From Elainellaceae cyanobacterium (GTDB lineage Bacteria > Cyanobacteriota > Cyanobacteriia > CAZCXK01): a stretch of 36,406 nucleotides of DNA. The translations under genes and the position numbers were made by a program. The notes under the pieces were generated by a model that ran no database searches, was not told the DNA's origin, and saw nothing but the letters and a program-made list of their open reading frames with translations. The DNA lies in NCBI GenBank assembly GCA_051117555.1, contig JBNPEG010000126.1:1-36406 (forward strand). The letters run 5' to 3'. Below, in pieces: positions 18,664-27,715 of the stretch (position 1 is the stretch's first letter; the number at the start of each line of letters is the position of its first letter).

Positions 18664-20553
18664 TTATGATCGCTGCCAAATCTTAATCGTTTCATCCGCG
18701 CTGCCGCTCGCAAGCAGTTGACCATTTGGGCTGAAGGCCAATGCATTCACGCTCCATGAATGCCCCAGTGAGTGTAAGCGATCGCCCGATTCTAAATGCC
18801 ACAGATAAATGCGGGTATCGTCTCCGGCGCTCGCAAAGATCTGCCCGTCTGGGTTGACCGCGATCGCATTTACCCGGTCTGTATGTCGTGCCAATGTGCA
18901 GATGAGTTCACCCGCATCCAAATCCCATAGCCTGAGATTGCGATCCCAGCTTCCGCTGATGAGCAAACTCCAGTCTGGGCTAAGGGCGATCGCACTGACG
19001 CGATCGCCATGGCCTCGAATCGTATTGATAAGCTCTGCCGTGTGTAAATTCCAGACGCGAATGGTCTTGTCATAACTCCCGCTCACCAGCAACTGCCCAT
19101 CTGGACTTATTGCCAGCGCATTGACCTGATCGCGATGCTTTTTCCAGCGTTCAATCGGCTCTCGATTCGCCATATTCCAAAGCGTTACGCTGCCATCAGC
19201 ACTTCCGCTCACGAGCAGTTGCCCATCTGGGCTCAGGGCAATGGACGCGACAATCCATCCCTGTCCGGTCAAACTGGCAATACATTGGCGGGTGTTGATA
19301 TCCCAAAGTTTGATTGTGCCGTCATCACTGCCGCTGAGGACTTGAGACGAATCAGAAGCAAACTGAAGTGAGCTGATGCGATCGCGGTGTCCGTCGCCAA
19401 ACCAAAGCGATCGCCCTGCGAAGGTGTGCACCAACATGCCAGATTGCAAATCCCATAGTTTGATTGACCTATCTGCCCCACCACTGGCTAACCACTGCCC
19501 GTTTGGGCTAATGGCGATCGCGCTCACTGCGCCCGAATGACCCAACAAGGTGTGGATACAGCGCCATGGCTGCTTAGGACTCAGAGGCGAAACGGGTAGT
19601 CGGTCAGCCTCTGCCCAGTGACGAGGCGAACTCGCCATATCTGCGGCGGCTAGCTGAGCGGTGCTCTCCGGAGTCGCAGCTTGCTCTAAATCATCAAGCA
19701 CCGCCGATGCTGTCCGATAGCGTTGGCTGATTGACCGCTGGACCATCCTGCTGAGAATACGCTCTAATTGTTGGCTAATCGGCTTAGCTAGATAATGCTG
19801 CCATATCCAAGCATCTTGCCCCACCGAATACAAATCAAACGGATGCATCCCTGTAAGTAAATGAGCGCATGACACCCCCAAGCTATATAAATCGCTCGAA
19901 AAGACCGCTTTGCCCATGGCCTGCTCTGGCGCAGCAAATCCGGCACTGCCGATCACCGTCCCCGTTCGAGCTAACGCCGTCCCGGTTGCATATTTGGAAG
20001 CACCAAAATCAACCAGAACCAATGCTCCCCCGGCTTGAGGCCGAATGATATTTTGGGGCTTGATGTCTCTGTGAATCACCCGATGCCCATGAATAAATTG
20101 CAGAACAGGCAATAAATCACGCAGCAGTTCTCGAATCTGGAGTTCGTTAAACGGTCCTTCCTCTGCCAAGATTTCGCTCAAATTGGGTCCATCAATGTAA
20201 TCCTGGATGAGAAATTGACCATCTTGTCGCTCAACATAGTCTAATAGCCTGGGAATTTGCGGATGTTGTCCCAAGTCTTTGAGTCGATTTGCTTCATCTC
20301 GAAACCGATCGATGCTTTCTTGAATGTATGGCTCCTCTAATCGAGCTGCCATTAACTGCTTGATAACACAGCGAGAACTATCCAGAGACGCTTCATCGAC
20401 GGCTAGAAACGTTTGCCCAAAGCCTCCTTGCCCAATTCTCCTCAGTGCTCGATATCGATTTTTAAGGTGTAATGATGCCCCACAGGTTATGCAAAACTTA
20501 GCCTCACCAGGATTTTGAGGATTCTGGCAATTGGGGTTGAGGCAATAACTCAT
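18664..20553 (-). CDS. Hanks-type Ser/Thr kinase with N-terminal 4-Cys motif and C-terminal WD40 propeller
   Basis: CLNPNC..CITC, GQGGFG, VIKQ, HRDIKPQN, DFG and APE motifs; about 7 GH...WD repeats. Confidence 0.95.
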   Translation of the reverse strand: MSYCLNPNCQNPQNPGEAKFCITCGASLHLKNRYRALRRIGQGGFGQTFLAVDEASLDSSRCVIKQLMAARLEEPYIQESIDRFRDEANRLKDLGQHPQIPRLLDYVERQDGQFLIQDYIDGPNLSEILAEEGPFNELQIRELLRDLLPVLQFIHGHRVIHRDIKPQNIIRPQAGGALVLVDFGASKYATGTALARTGTVIGSAGFAAPEQAMGKAVFSSDLYSLGVSCAHLLTGMHPFDLYSVGQDAWIWQHYLAKPISQQLERILSRMVQRSISQRYRTASAVLDDLEQAATPESTAQLAAADMASSPRHWAEADRLPVSPLSPKQPWRCIHTLLGHSGAVSAIAISPNGQWLASGGADRSIKLWDLQSGMLVHTFAGRSLWFGDGHRDRISSLQFASDSSQVLSGSDDGTIKLWDINTRQCIASLTGQGWIVASIALSPDGQLLVSGSADGSVTLWNMANREPIERWKKHRDQVNALAISPDGQLLVSGSYDKTIRVWNLHTAELINTIRGHGDRVSAIALSPDWSLLISGSWDRNLRLWDLDAGELICTLARHTDRVNAIAVNPDGQIFASAGDDTRIYLWHLESGDRLHSLGHSWSVNALAFSPNGQLLASGSADETIKIWQRS

Positions 20554-20658
20554 TAAGGTTGGAGCAAATTACACAAGCTAGAAGGCTCAGACTGTTTCTA
20601 TGGTAAGCCGTGTTAATGGCTTGCCAGCCAAGCATTGAAAAATCATTTGACATCAAAA

Positions 20659-20683
20659 GGGGACACGACATTGCCGTGTCCCC
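20659..20683. repeat. REP-like hairpin or terminator downstream of ycf34
   Basis: GGGGACACG-ACATTGC-CGTGTCCCC, a 9-bp stem with an adjacent A-run giving a U tail on the minus strand. Confidence 0.55.
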
Positions 20684-20722
20684 GTCCCTGAAGCGGTGGT
20701 AGATGCGGTCTTATCAAATCCG

Positions 20723-20971
20723 TCACGTAGGTACAAGCTCGCCGGGCCTAAGTTTCGACCACTTACCCATCTCTTCCTCAAAGCTTAAACATCCGACAAC
20801 GTCCCATTCCATTTCGATAACGTCATTATCATGACGGATATTGACATTGATCGTTGGCTCAACCGCTTCGAAGTTGGGGAATTCGGTTAAGTGAGGCTGC
20901 TCATGCTGCGCTTCGACCGCATGATACGTCGTGCAGCGATCGACATAATGGCAATTGACACAAATACACAT
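20723..20971 (-). CDS. ycf34: Ycf34 family Fe-S protein
   Basis: MCICVNCHYVDRC.TYHAVE.QH...EWDVVGC.SF..E.GKW signature. Confidence 0.95.
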   Translation of the reverse strand: MCICVNCHYVDRCTTYHAVEAQHEQPHLTEFPNFEAVEPTINVNIRHDNDVIEMEWDVVGCLSFEEEMGKWSKLRPGELVPT

Positions 20972-21216
20972 AGCTACTCTCCTAGTCTTAAGGCAACTGA
21001 TGTTGGGGTTAAGCTAGAACGTTTGAGACACTTTCTAAATCTTTCCGATACTCTAACGCAAGTTTTATAGAACCTGACACGAACTTACGATAGATGTTGC
21101 AAAACGAAAGATTGCGGTGAGTTTTAGCCTAAAGGTGCATGAGAAAACACGTGCATGTTCGGAACAGCACTCAGCAAAAAGCTGACGGCGAATAGCTGAT
21201 TGCTCCAGCGTATGAC

Positions 21217-21250
21217 ATTCTTTTTTCACAGATTCTTTTTTCACAGATTC
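21217..21250. repeat. 15-bp tandem duplication (ATTCTTTTTTCACAG x2)
   Basis: Read directly from the sequence. Confidence 0.8.
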
Positions 21251-21285
21251 AAAGGCAAACCCCGCTAAGCGCAGTAGCACAGGAA

Positions 21286-21377
21286 TATAGCAATCCCAAA
21301 TGGGTTGTAAGTGGTGGGGCGGGCGGCGCCCGCCCCACCACTTACAACCCATTCACAAGCGATTTAGGATCGCTATA
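21286..21377 (+). mobile_element. MITE copy 2 with a perfect 26-bp internal palindrome
   Basis: TATAGCAATCCCAAAT...ATTTAGGATCGCTATA ends. AATGGGTTGTAAGTGGTGGGGCGGGC-GGC-exact reverse complement (21299-21353). Confidence 0.85.
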
Positions 21378-21518
21378 GAGATGAAGTTTGGATGAGTCCC
21401 CGATACGAGCCGATAGGATTGGTAAACTAGTAATATTAACTCAGAGGGGCGATCGCGCCATCTCTGTTTTCATTATCCAGTTGATGTTTAAAGCAGATTG
21501 CTTTAAATTCAACGTCAC

Positions 21519-22112
21519 ATGCTAATCGTAAACAGCGTTACAGCATTACCCAAGCCCGCTCTAGCAGCTTTCTGGACTTCGTTACCCATGGACAGTCTTT
21601 TTTCTACCCAGGGCATCATGGTCATGCTTCTGGTCGCTTACGCCGGAGCCATGTGGATGTTCCTAACCAGCGCTCCCAAGGTTCATACCCTCATGGTGTC
21701 TGATTTGGAAATAGCCCGTCAGTTTTATGAGGGGTTGCTCGATCTTCCAGCGGCAGATGTGCCCCTGCACTACTATTACAACTATGAGCAGACTCTAGGA
21801 GCTGGCGCAACTGATCCGCTCTATGCGTCAACGGGCAGCTTTGGAAGTCCTACGTCACAGAGCTATAGCGCACCTGACGGGCTGTGGTACCAGCTTAAGA
21901 AAAATACTCAACTTCACGTCATTTCTGGGGCGAGTCTAGGAAATAAAAATCGCCAGCGACACGTGTGCTTTGATCATGATTGTTTAGAACAGGTTCTTCT
22001 GCGAGTGCAGAGCCGAGGCGTAAAGTATAAGATTCGTCGAGACAAGCCGCTTAATTTTCTCGTAAAAGATTATGACGGTCAGGTCATCGAAATTGCAGAG
22101 GTTGCTAATTAG
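21519..22112 (+). CDS. Cyanobacterial glyoxalase/VOC-like membrane-anchored protein
   Basis: TM segment followed by HTLMVSDLEIARQFYEGLL, QLHVI, RHVCF and VKDYDGQVIEIAE, matching VOC-fold motifs. Confidence 0.8.
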   Translation: MLIVNSVTALPKPALAAFWTSLPMDSLFSTQGIMVMLLVAYAGAMWMFLTSAPKVHTLMVSDLEIARQFYEGLLDLPAADVPLHYYYNYEQTLGAGATDPLYASTGSFGSPTSQSYSAPDGLWYQLKKNTQLHVISGASLGNKNRQRHVCFDHDCLEQVLLRVQSRGVKYKIRRDKPLNFLVKDYDGQVIEIAEVAN

Positions 22113-22175
22113 AGGCTGATTGAGGCTATAAGGGTCTACACACAAATCTCAACCCTGCGGGCGATCGCTCCGTTT

Positions 22176-23192
22176 CTACGCGGACATTCGTACCCGATAA
22201 CTCTGATGTGCAAGTTCTATCAATTCGCCATAGTTCCATGTTCCTTGATCGGTGACACGCTCAGCCAAATGAACTGGAATTGCATCTAGTCCTAAATGGG
22301 CTCCGCTGATCGCGCCTGCCATTGCTGCGGTTGTATCCACATCTCCACCGACTGCGATCGCCGTATATACGGTGTCTAAATAGTTGTCTGGGCTTCTCAA
22401 GAAGGCATACAAACTCCATAACACACTGCCAATGACAAAGGGTGAAAGCCCCCGACTGGGATCAGCAGCAGTAGAGTCGAGCCCTGCTTCGGCAATGAAA
22501 GAAACTGCCTGCTCAGGAGGAAGACGACTCCAATCAACTAAATTTTTCAGATGGGCGGCAACGTCTGCATCAATCGTAGCGACCCATTCACTGAGTGGAT
22601 TGAGAAACGAATCTGGAGCAATCGTCTGCTGCTGTAACGCTAAAGCCGTAGCTCCTGAAATGGCGATCGCGCCAGCAGAGCAGCGAGAATCTTGATGGGT
22701 TATGCGTCCTTGATCATGAGCCGCTCGGATGAGCTGTTGCGGATCATCAAAAAACATGAGCCCGATAGGAGCTGCCCGCATCGCACTTCCATTGCCTGCT
22801 GCGGGGGGAGGAGTACCCGCCTCTTCCCAGTAAATAGTTTGAATTAAACGACGGGCTGCCGAGATGGTGGCTTGTCCATATCCGACAATTCTGCCTTCGG
22901 CAAAAATTGCGGCGATGCGCTGAGCATAATCGGCGGGATCAAACGTGCCGCAGGCCACATAGCTTTGGAGCAGCTCACGGGCAAGCTGAGAATCATCGGT
23001 GTATTGCCCCATGACATAGTGGCCCCGGCTGCGATCGCCCAATTGCCCCGTGATTACCCGTTCATTGAGATACGCCTGACACATTGAAGGGGGAGATCCT
23101 TCCACAGGCGCACCCAGCGCATCTCCTACGCATTGACCGATTAAGCACCCACTGAATTGTTCTAAGCGAGGAAGGGTTGGATGGGGCATCAA
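22176..23192 (-). CDS. ADP-ribosylglycohydrolase family protein (DraG/ARH fold)
   Basis: GDALGAPVEG, YTDDS, GNGSAMR, THQD and GGDVDTTAAMAGA motifs. Confidence 0.93.
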   Translation of the reverse strand: MMPHPTLPRLEQFSGCLIGQCVGDALGAPVEGSPPSMCQAYLNERVITGQLGDRSRGHYVMGQYTDDSQLARELLQSYVACGTFDPADYAQRIAAIFAEGRIVGYGQATISAARRLIQTIYWEEAGTPPPAAGNGSAMRAAPIGLMFFDDPQQLIRAAHDQGRITHQDSRCSAGAIAISGATALALQQQTIAPDSFLNPLSEWVATIDADVAAHLKNLVDWSRLPPEQAVSFIAEAGLDSTAADPSRGLSPFVIGSVLWSLYAFLRSPDNYLDTVYTAIAVGGDVDTTAAMAGAISGAHLGLDAIPVHLAERVTDQGTWNYGELIELAHQSYRVRMSA

Positions 23193-23406
23193 TGATTCAG
23201 ACGTATCAGCGCTTTCTGCAAATGCTACTACACTGTCGACACATTGCTGTGAGTCTAGTCACCGTTAATGGAATTCCACTATTGGTTCAAGATGTAGTAA
23301 ACAGTCGGAGACTGTAAGCACCATAGAGGATGAGCTACACCCCCTCATCAAGAACAGAGACACCCCTCTGAGTGCGGAAATCGACACATTGATCACCCTT
23401 GTGGGG

Positions 23407-24189
23407 TTATACAGTGGCAGCACTATTGGCTCCCATCCGGAGCGCTCTGACTTCAGATGGGCAACCTGGATGGCGTTTGGCGTCGAGGTAGTCTCCAATG
23501 ATGGTGTGGTATCGGTCTTTGCCAAAGATGCGATAATGCCCTGGATAGACGGTTTCGATGGGCAGATAGTGAAGGCGTTCAAAGGTTGAAATGTAGGTAG
23601 GAATGTGACTGCAGTGAAGCTGATCAAGTAGTTCTCCGTCGTATACGACATCGCCCGAGAATAGCTCCTTCGCAGTCGGATCGTAGAGAGCGATACAGCC
23701 CGGTGAGTGTCCGGGGAGGTGCATCACTTCAAAGGCGCGATCGCCCAAATCTAGCACGTCTCCTTCGTTGAGAACATGGGTTGGCTCAGCAGCATGCAGA
23801 GTATATTGCTCAACCGTAAATCCCTCGTGGGGCAAACAATCAAAATGTTCTGGCAGGACCCACCCCTGCTCAGGCGCGCATAAGGCTTCGTAGTCATCCC
23901 CGGTGCGCAGCGCGGATGCTTCTGCGGCATGAATAGCGCGCTGATCAAACTCATGCATTCCACCTGAATGATCAAAGTGGACATGGGAGGCGATCGCCAG
24001 CAGTGGCTTATCAATCAAAGACGCAATATGGTGCCGCAGACTGGAAACCCCCAACCCCGTATCGATGAGTAAATCTTGGGTACGCCCTTTAATCAGCCAT
24101 AGGTTTGCTCGGTTAAACCAATAGTAGTGAGGTTCCGTGATTAAATAGAGCCCATCGTGAATCTTCTGAGTCGAAAACCAACTTTCCAC
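23407..24189 (-). CDS. Cytoplasmic MBL-fold metallo-hydrolase
   Basis: IDTG, SHVHFDHSGG, PGHSPG, FSGD and PGH motifs. Likely start GTG 24189 (VESWF), downstream of the promoter described next. Confidence 0.88.
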   Translation of the reverse strand: MESWFSTQKIHDGLYLITEPHYYWFNRANLWLIKGRTQDLLIDTGLGVSSLRHHIASLIDKPLLAIASHVHFDHSGGMHEFDQRAIHAAEASALRTGDDYEALCAPEQGWVLPEHFDCLPHEGFTVEQYTLHAAEPTHVLNEGDVLDLGDRAFEVMHLPGHSPGCIALYDPTAKELFSGDVVYDGELLDQLHCSHIPTYISTFERLHYLPIETVYPGHYRIFGKDRYHTIIGDYLDAKRHPGCPSEVRALRMGANSAATV

Positions 24190-24288
24190 GTTTGATACAC
24201 GGTAATAAACAGCAGGAATAGACCGCAGTAGTAGACAGTTGCTCTGTACCTGCACGAAATGACGAAAAGCCGCAGTCTATACCCAGCC

Positions 24289-24330
24289 AAATTAGAGGGA
24301 AACGCAAATCAAAGATGTTTGCTTGAATAC
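24289..24330 (-). promoter_or_regulatory. Putative NtcA-activated (class II) promoter
   Basis: Minus strand tGTA-TTCAAGCA-AACa (24330-24317), exactly 22 nt, then TAATTT (24294-24289), matching TAN3T. Confidence 0.65.
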
Positions 24331-24388
24331 AAAGGCGGTTCGTCATCGTTGAGCTGCGATATGCGCAAACTATCGCGCGGATTATTCC

Positions 24389-26041
24389 CTACCGCAACCG
24401 TCCCGATCGCCAAATACTGATCACCAGCCACAGCCCGATAAAGCTAGCGGCGGCAAATAGGGCAATACTCAACCAATAAAACTGAGATGCTTGTTCCTTT
24501 GATGTGATGATGGCAGCTCCCATAATCAGCGAACCGACGATGACGCTAAACGACAGTCGATTGGCAGAGTCATCGATGGTTAATCGCAGACCGTCTAAGT
24601 CTCGCAGCGTCAAGTTCCACTTAAATGTTTCAGAACTGAGGCGGTCGAGCAAAAACTCAACTCGACGGGGCGATCGCAATGATAGGTTTTTGAGTTCAAG
24701 CCCGGTTCTAAACAGCGCCTGTAGCGGATCATCCCCGATGATTTGCCGTCGAAATAGATCAGTTACTAATGGTCTGATTTCATCAAGCAAATTCACCTCT
24801 GGATTAAATTTGCGGCCCAATCCTTCCAAATTGGCGAGTGCTTTTGCATAGAGTCCTAAATTGCTAGGCCATCGAAGATAGTTGCGTCGTGCAGCTTGCA
24901 GTACTTCAAAGAAAGCCTCACTAAAGTTAATTTCAGACAGGCTCAAATTGTAGTAGCGTCGCAGCAGCGCATCATAATCAGCTTCGAGTCGTGCAAAATT
25001 GGTCGGTCTAACGGGCGTTGCAATCTGCATCGTGAGCTGGCTACATCGCTGGGCATCGAGATTGACAACTGCCAAAATCATCTCGGTCAGCGCCGCCTGC
25101 GTGCGCGGATCGAGTCGCCCAATCATGCCACAGTCTAGCAGGGCAACTCGCCCGTCATTCAAATAAAAGATATTACCCGGATGCGGATCGGCGTGAAAGA
25201 ATCCATCGATAAACAACTGCTGCAAAAACACTCGAAAAATGAGCCGCGTGATTTCTTGACGTTCTGCCTCAGTATCGCCATTGTGCCCGATGCCTTTCAG
25301 CGTTGCCGTTAAAATTGGAACACCTTCAAGCCATTCCATCACTAGCATTTTAGGAGTTGTCAAGTCCCAGTAAATGGCAGGCACCACAATTTTAGTGGGA
25401 TCAAACCATCGACTCTGTGACAGATTGCGTCGTAGCCGATCGGTATAGCCCGCCTCTTCGGTGAAATCCAGTTCTGAGCGAATCGCGTTTGAGAACTCTT
25501 CCGCTAGAGACTCCACATCATAAAACTCGCCAAAGTTTGTGCGCGAAACCAGCTCGGCGATGCTCTTGATCAAGGCAATATCTTGATCCACGATGGCTTC
25601 GATGCCAGGTCGCTGAACTTTGATGGCAACCTCGTTTCCATCTTTGAGCGTCGCCCGATGGACTTGAGCAATCGAGCCTGCGGCGATCGCATCCACATCA
25701 AATTTGGCAAACACGTCTTCTAACGGACGATCAAGCTGTTTGCGAATGACAATTTCAACCTCTGCCCAGCCCACAGGCGGCACTTTGGCCTGCAAATCAC
25801 TCAGCGCTTCAATATAGTCTGGCGGCAACAGGTCGGGACGGGTACTCAGCAACTGCCCCAATTTCACATACACCGGCCCCAGATCCACCAATATGTTTCG
25901 CAGAATGGCAGGAGGCGGCAGTTCGGGTTCATCAGCCTTTCCGCCGATAAGCAATCGCCGCATGTAGTCCCATCCATTTCGAAGGACGACCTCGACGATT
26001 TCACGCTGACGGGAACTATTTTGTGTAAGACCTGAGAACAC
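24389..26041 (-). CDS. ABC1/UbiB/AarF atypical kinase
   Basis: YVKLGQLLSTRPDLLP, AAGSIAQVH, VAIKVQRP, HADPHPGN and LDCG; two C-terminal TM helices; GAGGAGG RBS before the GTG start. Confidence 0.95.
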   Translation of the reverse strand: MFSGLTQNSSRQREIVEVVLRNGWDYMRRLLIGGKADEPELPPPAILRNILVDLGPVYVKLGQLLSTRPDLLPPDYIEALSDLQAKVPPVGWAEVEIVIRKQLDRPLEDVFAKFDVDAIAAGSIAQVHRATLKDGNEVAIKVQRPGIEAIVDQDIALIKSIAELVSRTNFGEFYDVESLAEEFSNAIRSELDFTEEAGYTDRLRRNLSQSRWFDPTKIVVPAIYWDLTTPKMLVMEWLEGVPILTATLKGIGHNGDTEAERQEITRLIFRVFLQQLFIDGFFHADPHPGNIFYLNDGRVALLDCGMIGRLDPRTQAALTEMILAVVNLDAQRCSQLTMQIATPVRPTNFARLEADYDALLRRYYNLSLSEINFSEAFFEVLQAARRNYLRWPSNLGLYAKALANLEGLGRKFNPEVNLLDEIRPLVTDLFRRQIIGDDPLQALFRTGLELKNLSLRSPRRVEFLLDRLSSETFKWNLTLRDLDGLRLTIDDSANRLSFSVIVGSLIMGAAIITSKEQASQFYWLSIALFAAASFIGLWLVISIWRSGRLR

Positions 26042-26244
26042 TATGCCTCCTCAAGGGGTATGGATTATTGCTGGACGATCACACTGTGACATCAGTTTGA
26101 TGGTATCAACCTGATGTTAACTATTATGTTCACCTGATGGTCGTCAATCGGGCGATCGCAATGTCAGCAATAGTCTCTACGGAGGAAGTTTTACAGGGAA
26201 ATATGAGCGAGTCTACCCCCTCAAGAGGGAGTTATAGGGTCGTT

Positions 26245-27294
26245 TCAGAGCAAATCTTCGTATTCAGGACGATCTTTGAGCGTTTTCAGAACTTTTTTGA
26301 TATCTTGCGTCCGGCTTTTCTCGACGACTAAAGTGACATTGCCGTCGCGAACCACGACTACATCGCTCAGCCCGACGGTTACAATGACATCTTGATCATC
26401 CGAGGCATAGAAAATTGAATGCTCGGTGTCAAGCCCAACATGCCGAGCTAGCTCAACATTAGGGCGATCGCCCTTGAGTAATCGCTCGATGGCATTCCAA
26501 TCTCCCAAGTCGTCCCACGGAAAATTAACGGGAATCACGCAGGCATGCTGCGTTTTCTCCATGAGCGCATAATCGATGCTGAGCTTAGGCAGCGTTGGAT
26601 AGGTTGAAGGCCCTTGCGCCATTAGCGGCTCAATAATTTCGGGAGAATGGGTTTGTAACTCACTCAACACCACACCCGCTCGAAAAATGAACATGCCGCT
26701 GTTCCAGCTAAATCGACCACTTGCTAAAAACGATTCTGCGGTAGAGCGATCGGGCTTTTCGGTGAAGCGGTCGACCTTATACGCATGACACTGATCAAAT
26801 GTCCCCATCGATTGCCCCTGTTCGATGTAGCCATACCCCGTCGAGGGAAAGGTGGGCTGAATCCCTAAGGTGGCGATCGCCCCGTTTTGCGCCGCGACCG
26901 TTTCAGCCGCTTTCAGCGTGCCTTGAAATGCGTGCTCATCATCAATCCAATGGTCGGCTGGAAAGAACCCGACAATCGTATCGTCACCATAGCGTTGAGC
27001 GATTTCTAACGTTGCCCACGCTACGGCGGGAGCCGTATCTCGACCTTCAATTTCGACCAGCAGGTTTTCATCTGGCAACTCCGGAAGCTGCTCTTTGATT
27101 CCTTTGGCAAGATGAGCCGCCGTAATCACCCACAACTGATCCCATCCGCCCGCAATCGGCAGCAGGCGATCGGCAGTCGCTTGCATCAGACTCTTGCCGC
27201 TGCCGTCTAAACACAGAAATTGCTTGGGGCGTAGCTTACGGCTGAGGGGCCAAAACCGTTCCCCTTTTCCACCTGCCAGAATGACCGGAATCAT
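26245..27294 (-). CDS. manC: Mannose-1-phosphate guanylyltransferase
   Basis: LAGGKGERFWPLSR..PKQFL, PADH, GYGYIE, FTEKP, WNSGMF, SIDYALMEK and WDDLGDW. Confidence 0.93.
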   Translation of the reverse strand: MIPVILAGGKGERFWPLSRKLRPKQFLCLDGSGKSLMQATADRLLPIAGGWDQLWVITAAHLAKGIKEQLPELPDENLLVEIEGRDTAPAVAWATLEIAQRYGDDTIVGFFPADHWIDDEHAFQGTLKAAETVAAQNGAIATLGIQPTFPSTGYGYIEQGQSMGTFDQCHAYKVDRFTEKPDRSTAESFLASGRFSWNSGMFIFRAGVVLSELQTHSPEIIEPLMAQGPSTYPTLPKLSIDYALMEKTQHACVIPVNFPWDDLGDWNAIERLLKGDRPNVELARHVGLDTEHSIFYASDDQDVIVTVGLSDVVVVRDGNVTLVVEKSRTQDIKKVLKTLKDRPEYEDLL

Positions 27295-27527
27295 GCATTT
27301 CCACTCCGTTTTTCCTCCGATTTATCTTATCCAGGATTTTTCATAATCTGGATGCTTTGGGGGGCGATTTTGTTTCATCTTCACATCAGCCCGCCGTATT
27401 CCCGATATTTCCTTAATGTTCGTCCATTCCGCTCGTCAATCAGGATGGCAAACTTAGAATCGTGTCAAATCCTACTGTGAGGTGATACCAATTTCAATTA
27501 GCCTGATACTTAATAAAAGTTGAAGAA

Positions 27528-27621
27528 TATAGTCTTATGCTCTCGCGTTAGAACGCTGAACATGTGTAGACCCCGCGCGGTGCGCGGGGTCTACACGCAA
27601 ACCTAAGCCCGTAGGGCTATA
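27528..27621. mobile_element. Second-family TATAG-ended MITE-like element with a 15-bp perfect central palindrome
   Basis: TATAGTCTTATGC...CGTAGGGCTATA imperfect ends; GTGTAGACCCCGCGC-GGT-GCGCGGGGTCTACAC (27564-27596). Confidence 0.65.
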
Positions 27622-27715
27622 TAATCCCATAGGCTTTATCTTTTTGTCTCTAAAGGCAGGGATGAAGACTGGGATCGTGTGGAGTGATTGATTAACACAC
27701 GTTATTAATTACTAG

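Noticed and set aside
21251..21285. c-di-GMP-I riboswitch (AAAGGCAAACC start)
   Set aside because: Lacks the GNRA-capped P2 and the downstream GACGCAAAGC consensus.
21065..21352. 95-aa ORF
   Set aside because: Begins inside the MITE palindrome and runs through a tandem duplication; no protein-like features.
22176..23192. draG / nitrogenase switch-off system
   Set aside because: No draT or nif genes in the window, and the ARH family is broad.
23265..23651. 128-aa ORF overlapping the MBL hydrolase 3' end
   Set aside because: Mostly overlaps a supported CDS in another frame and has no recognisable motifs.
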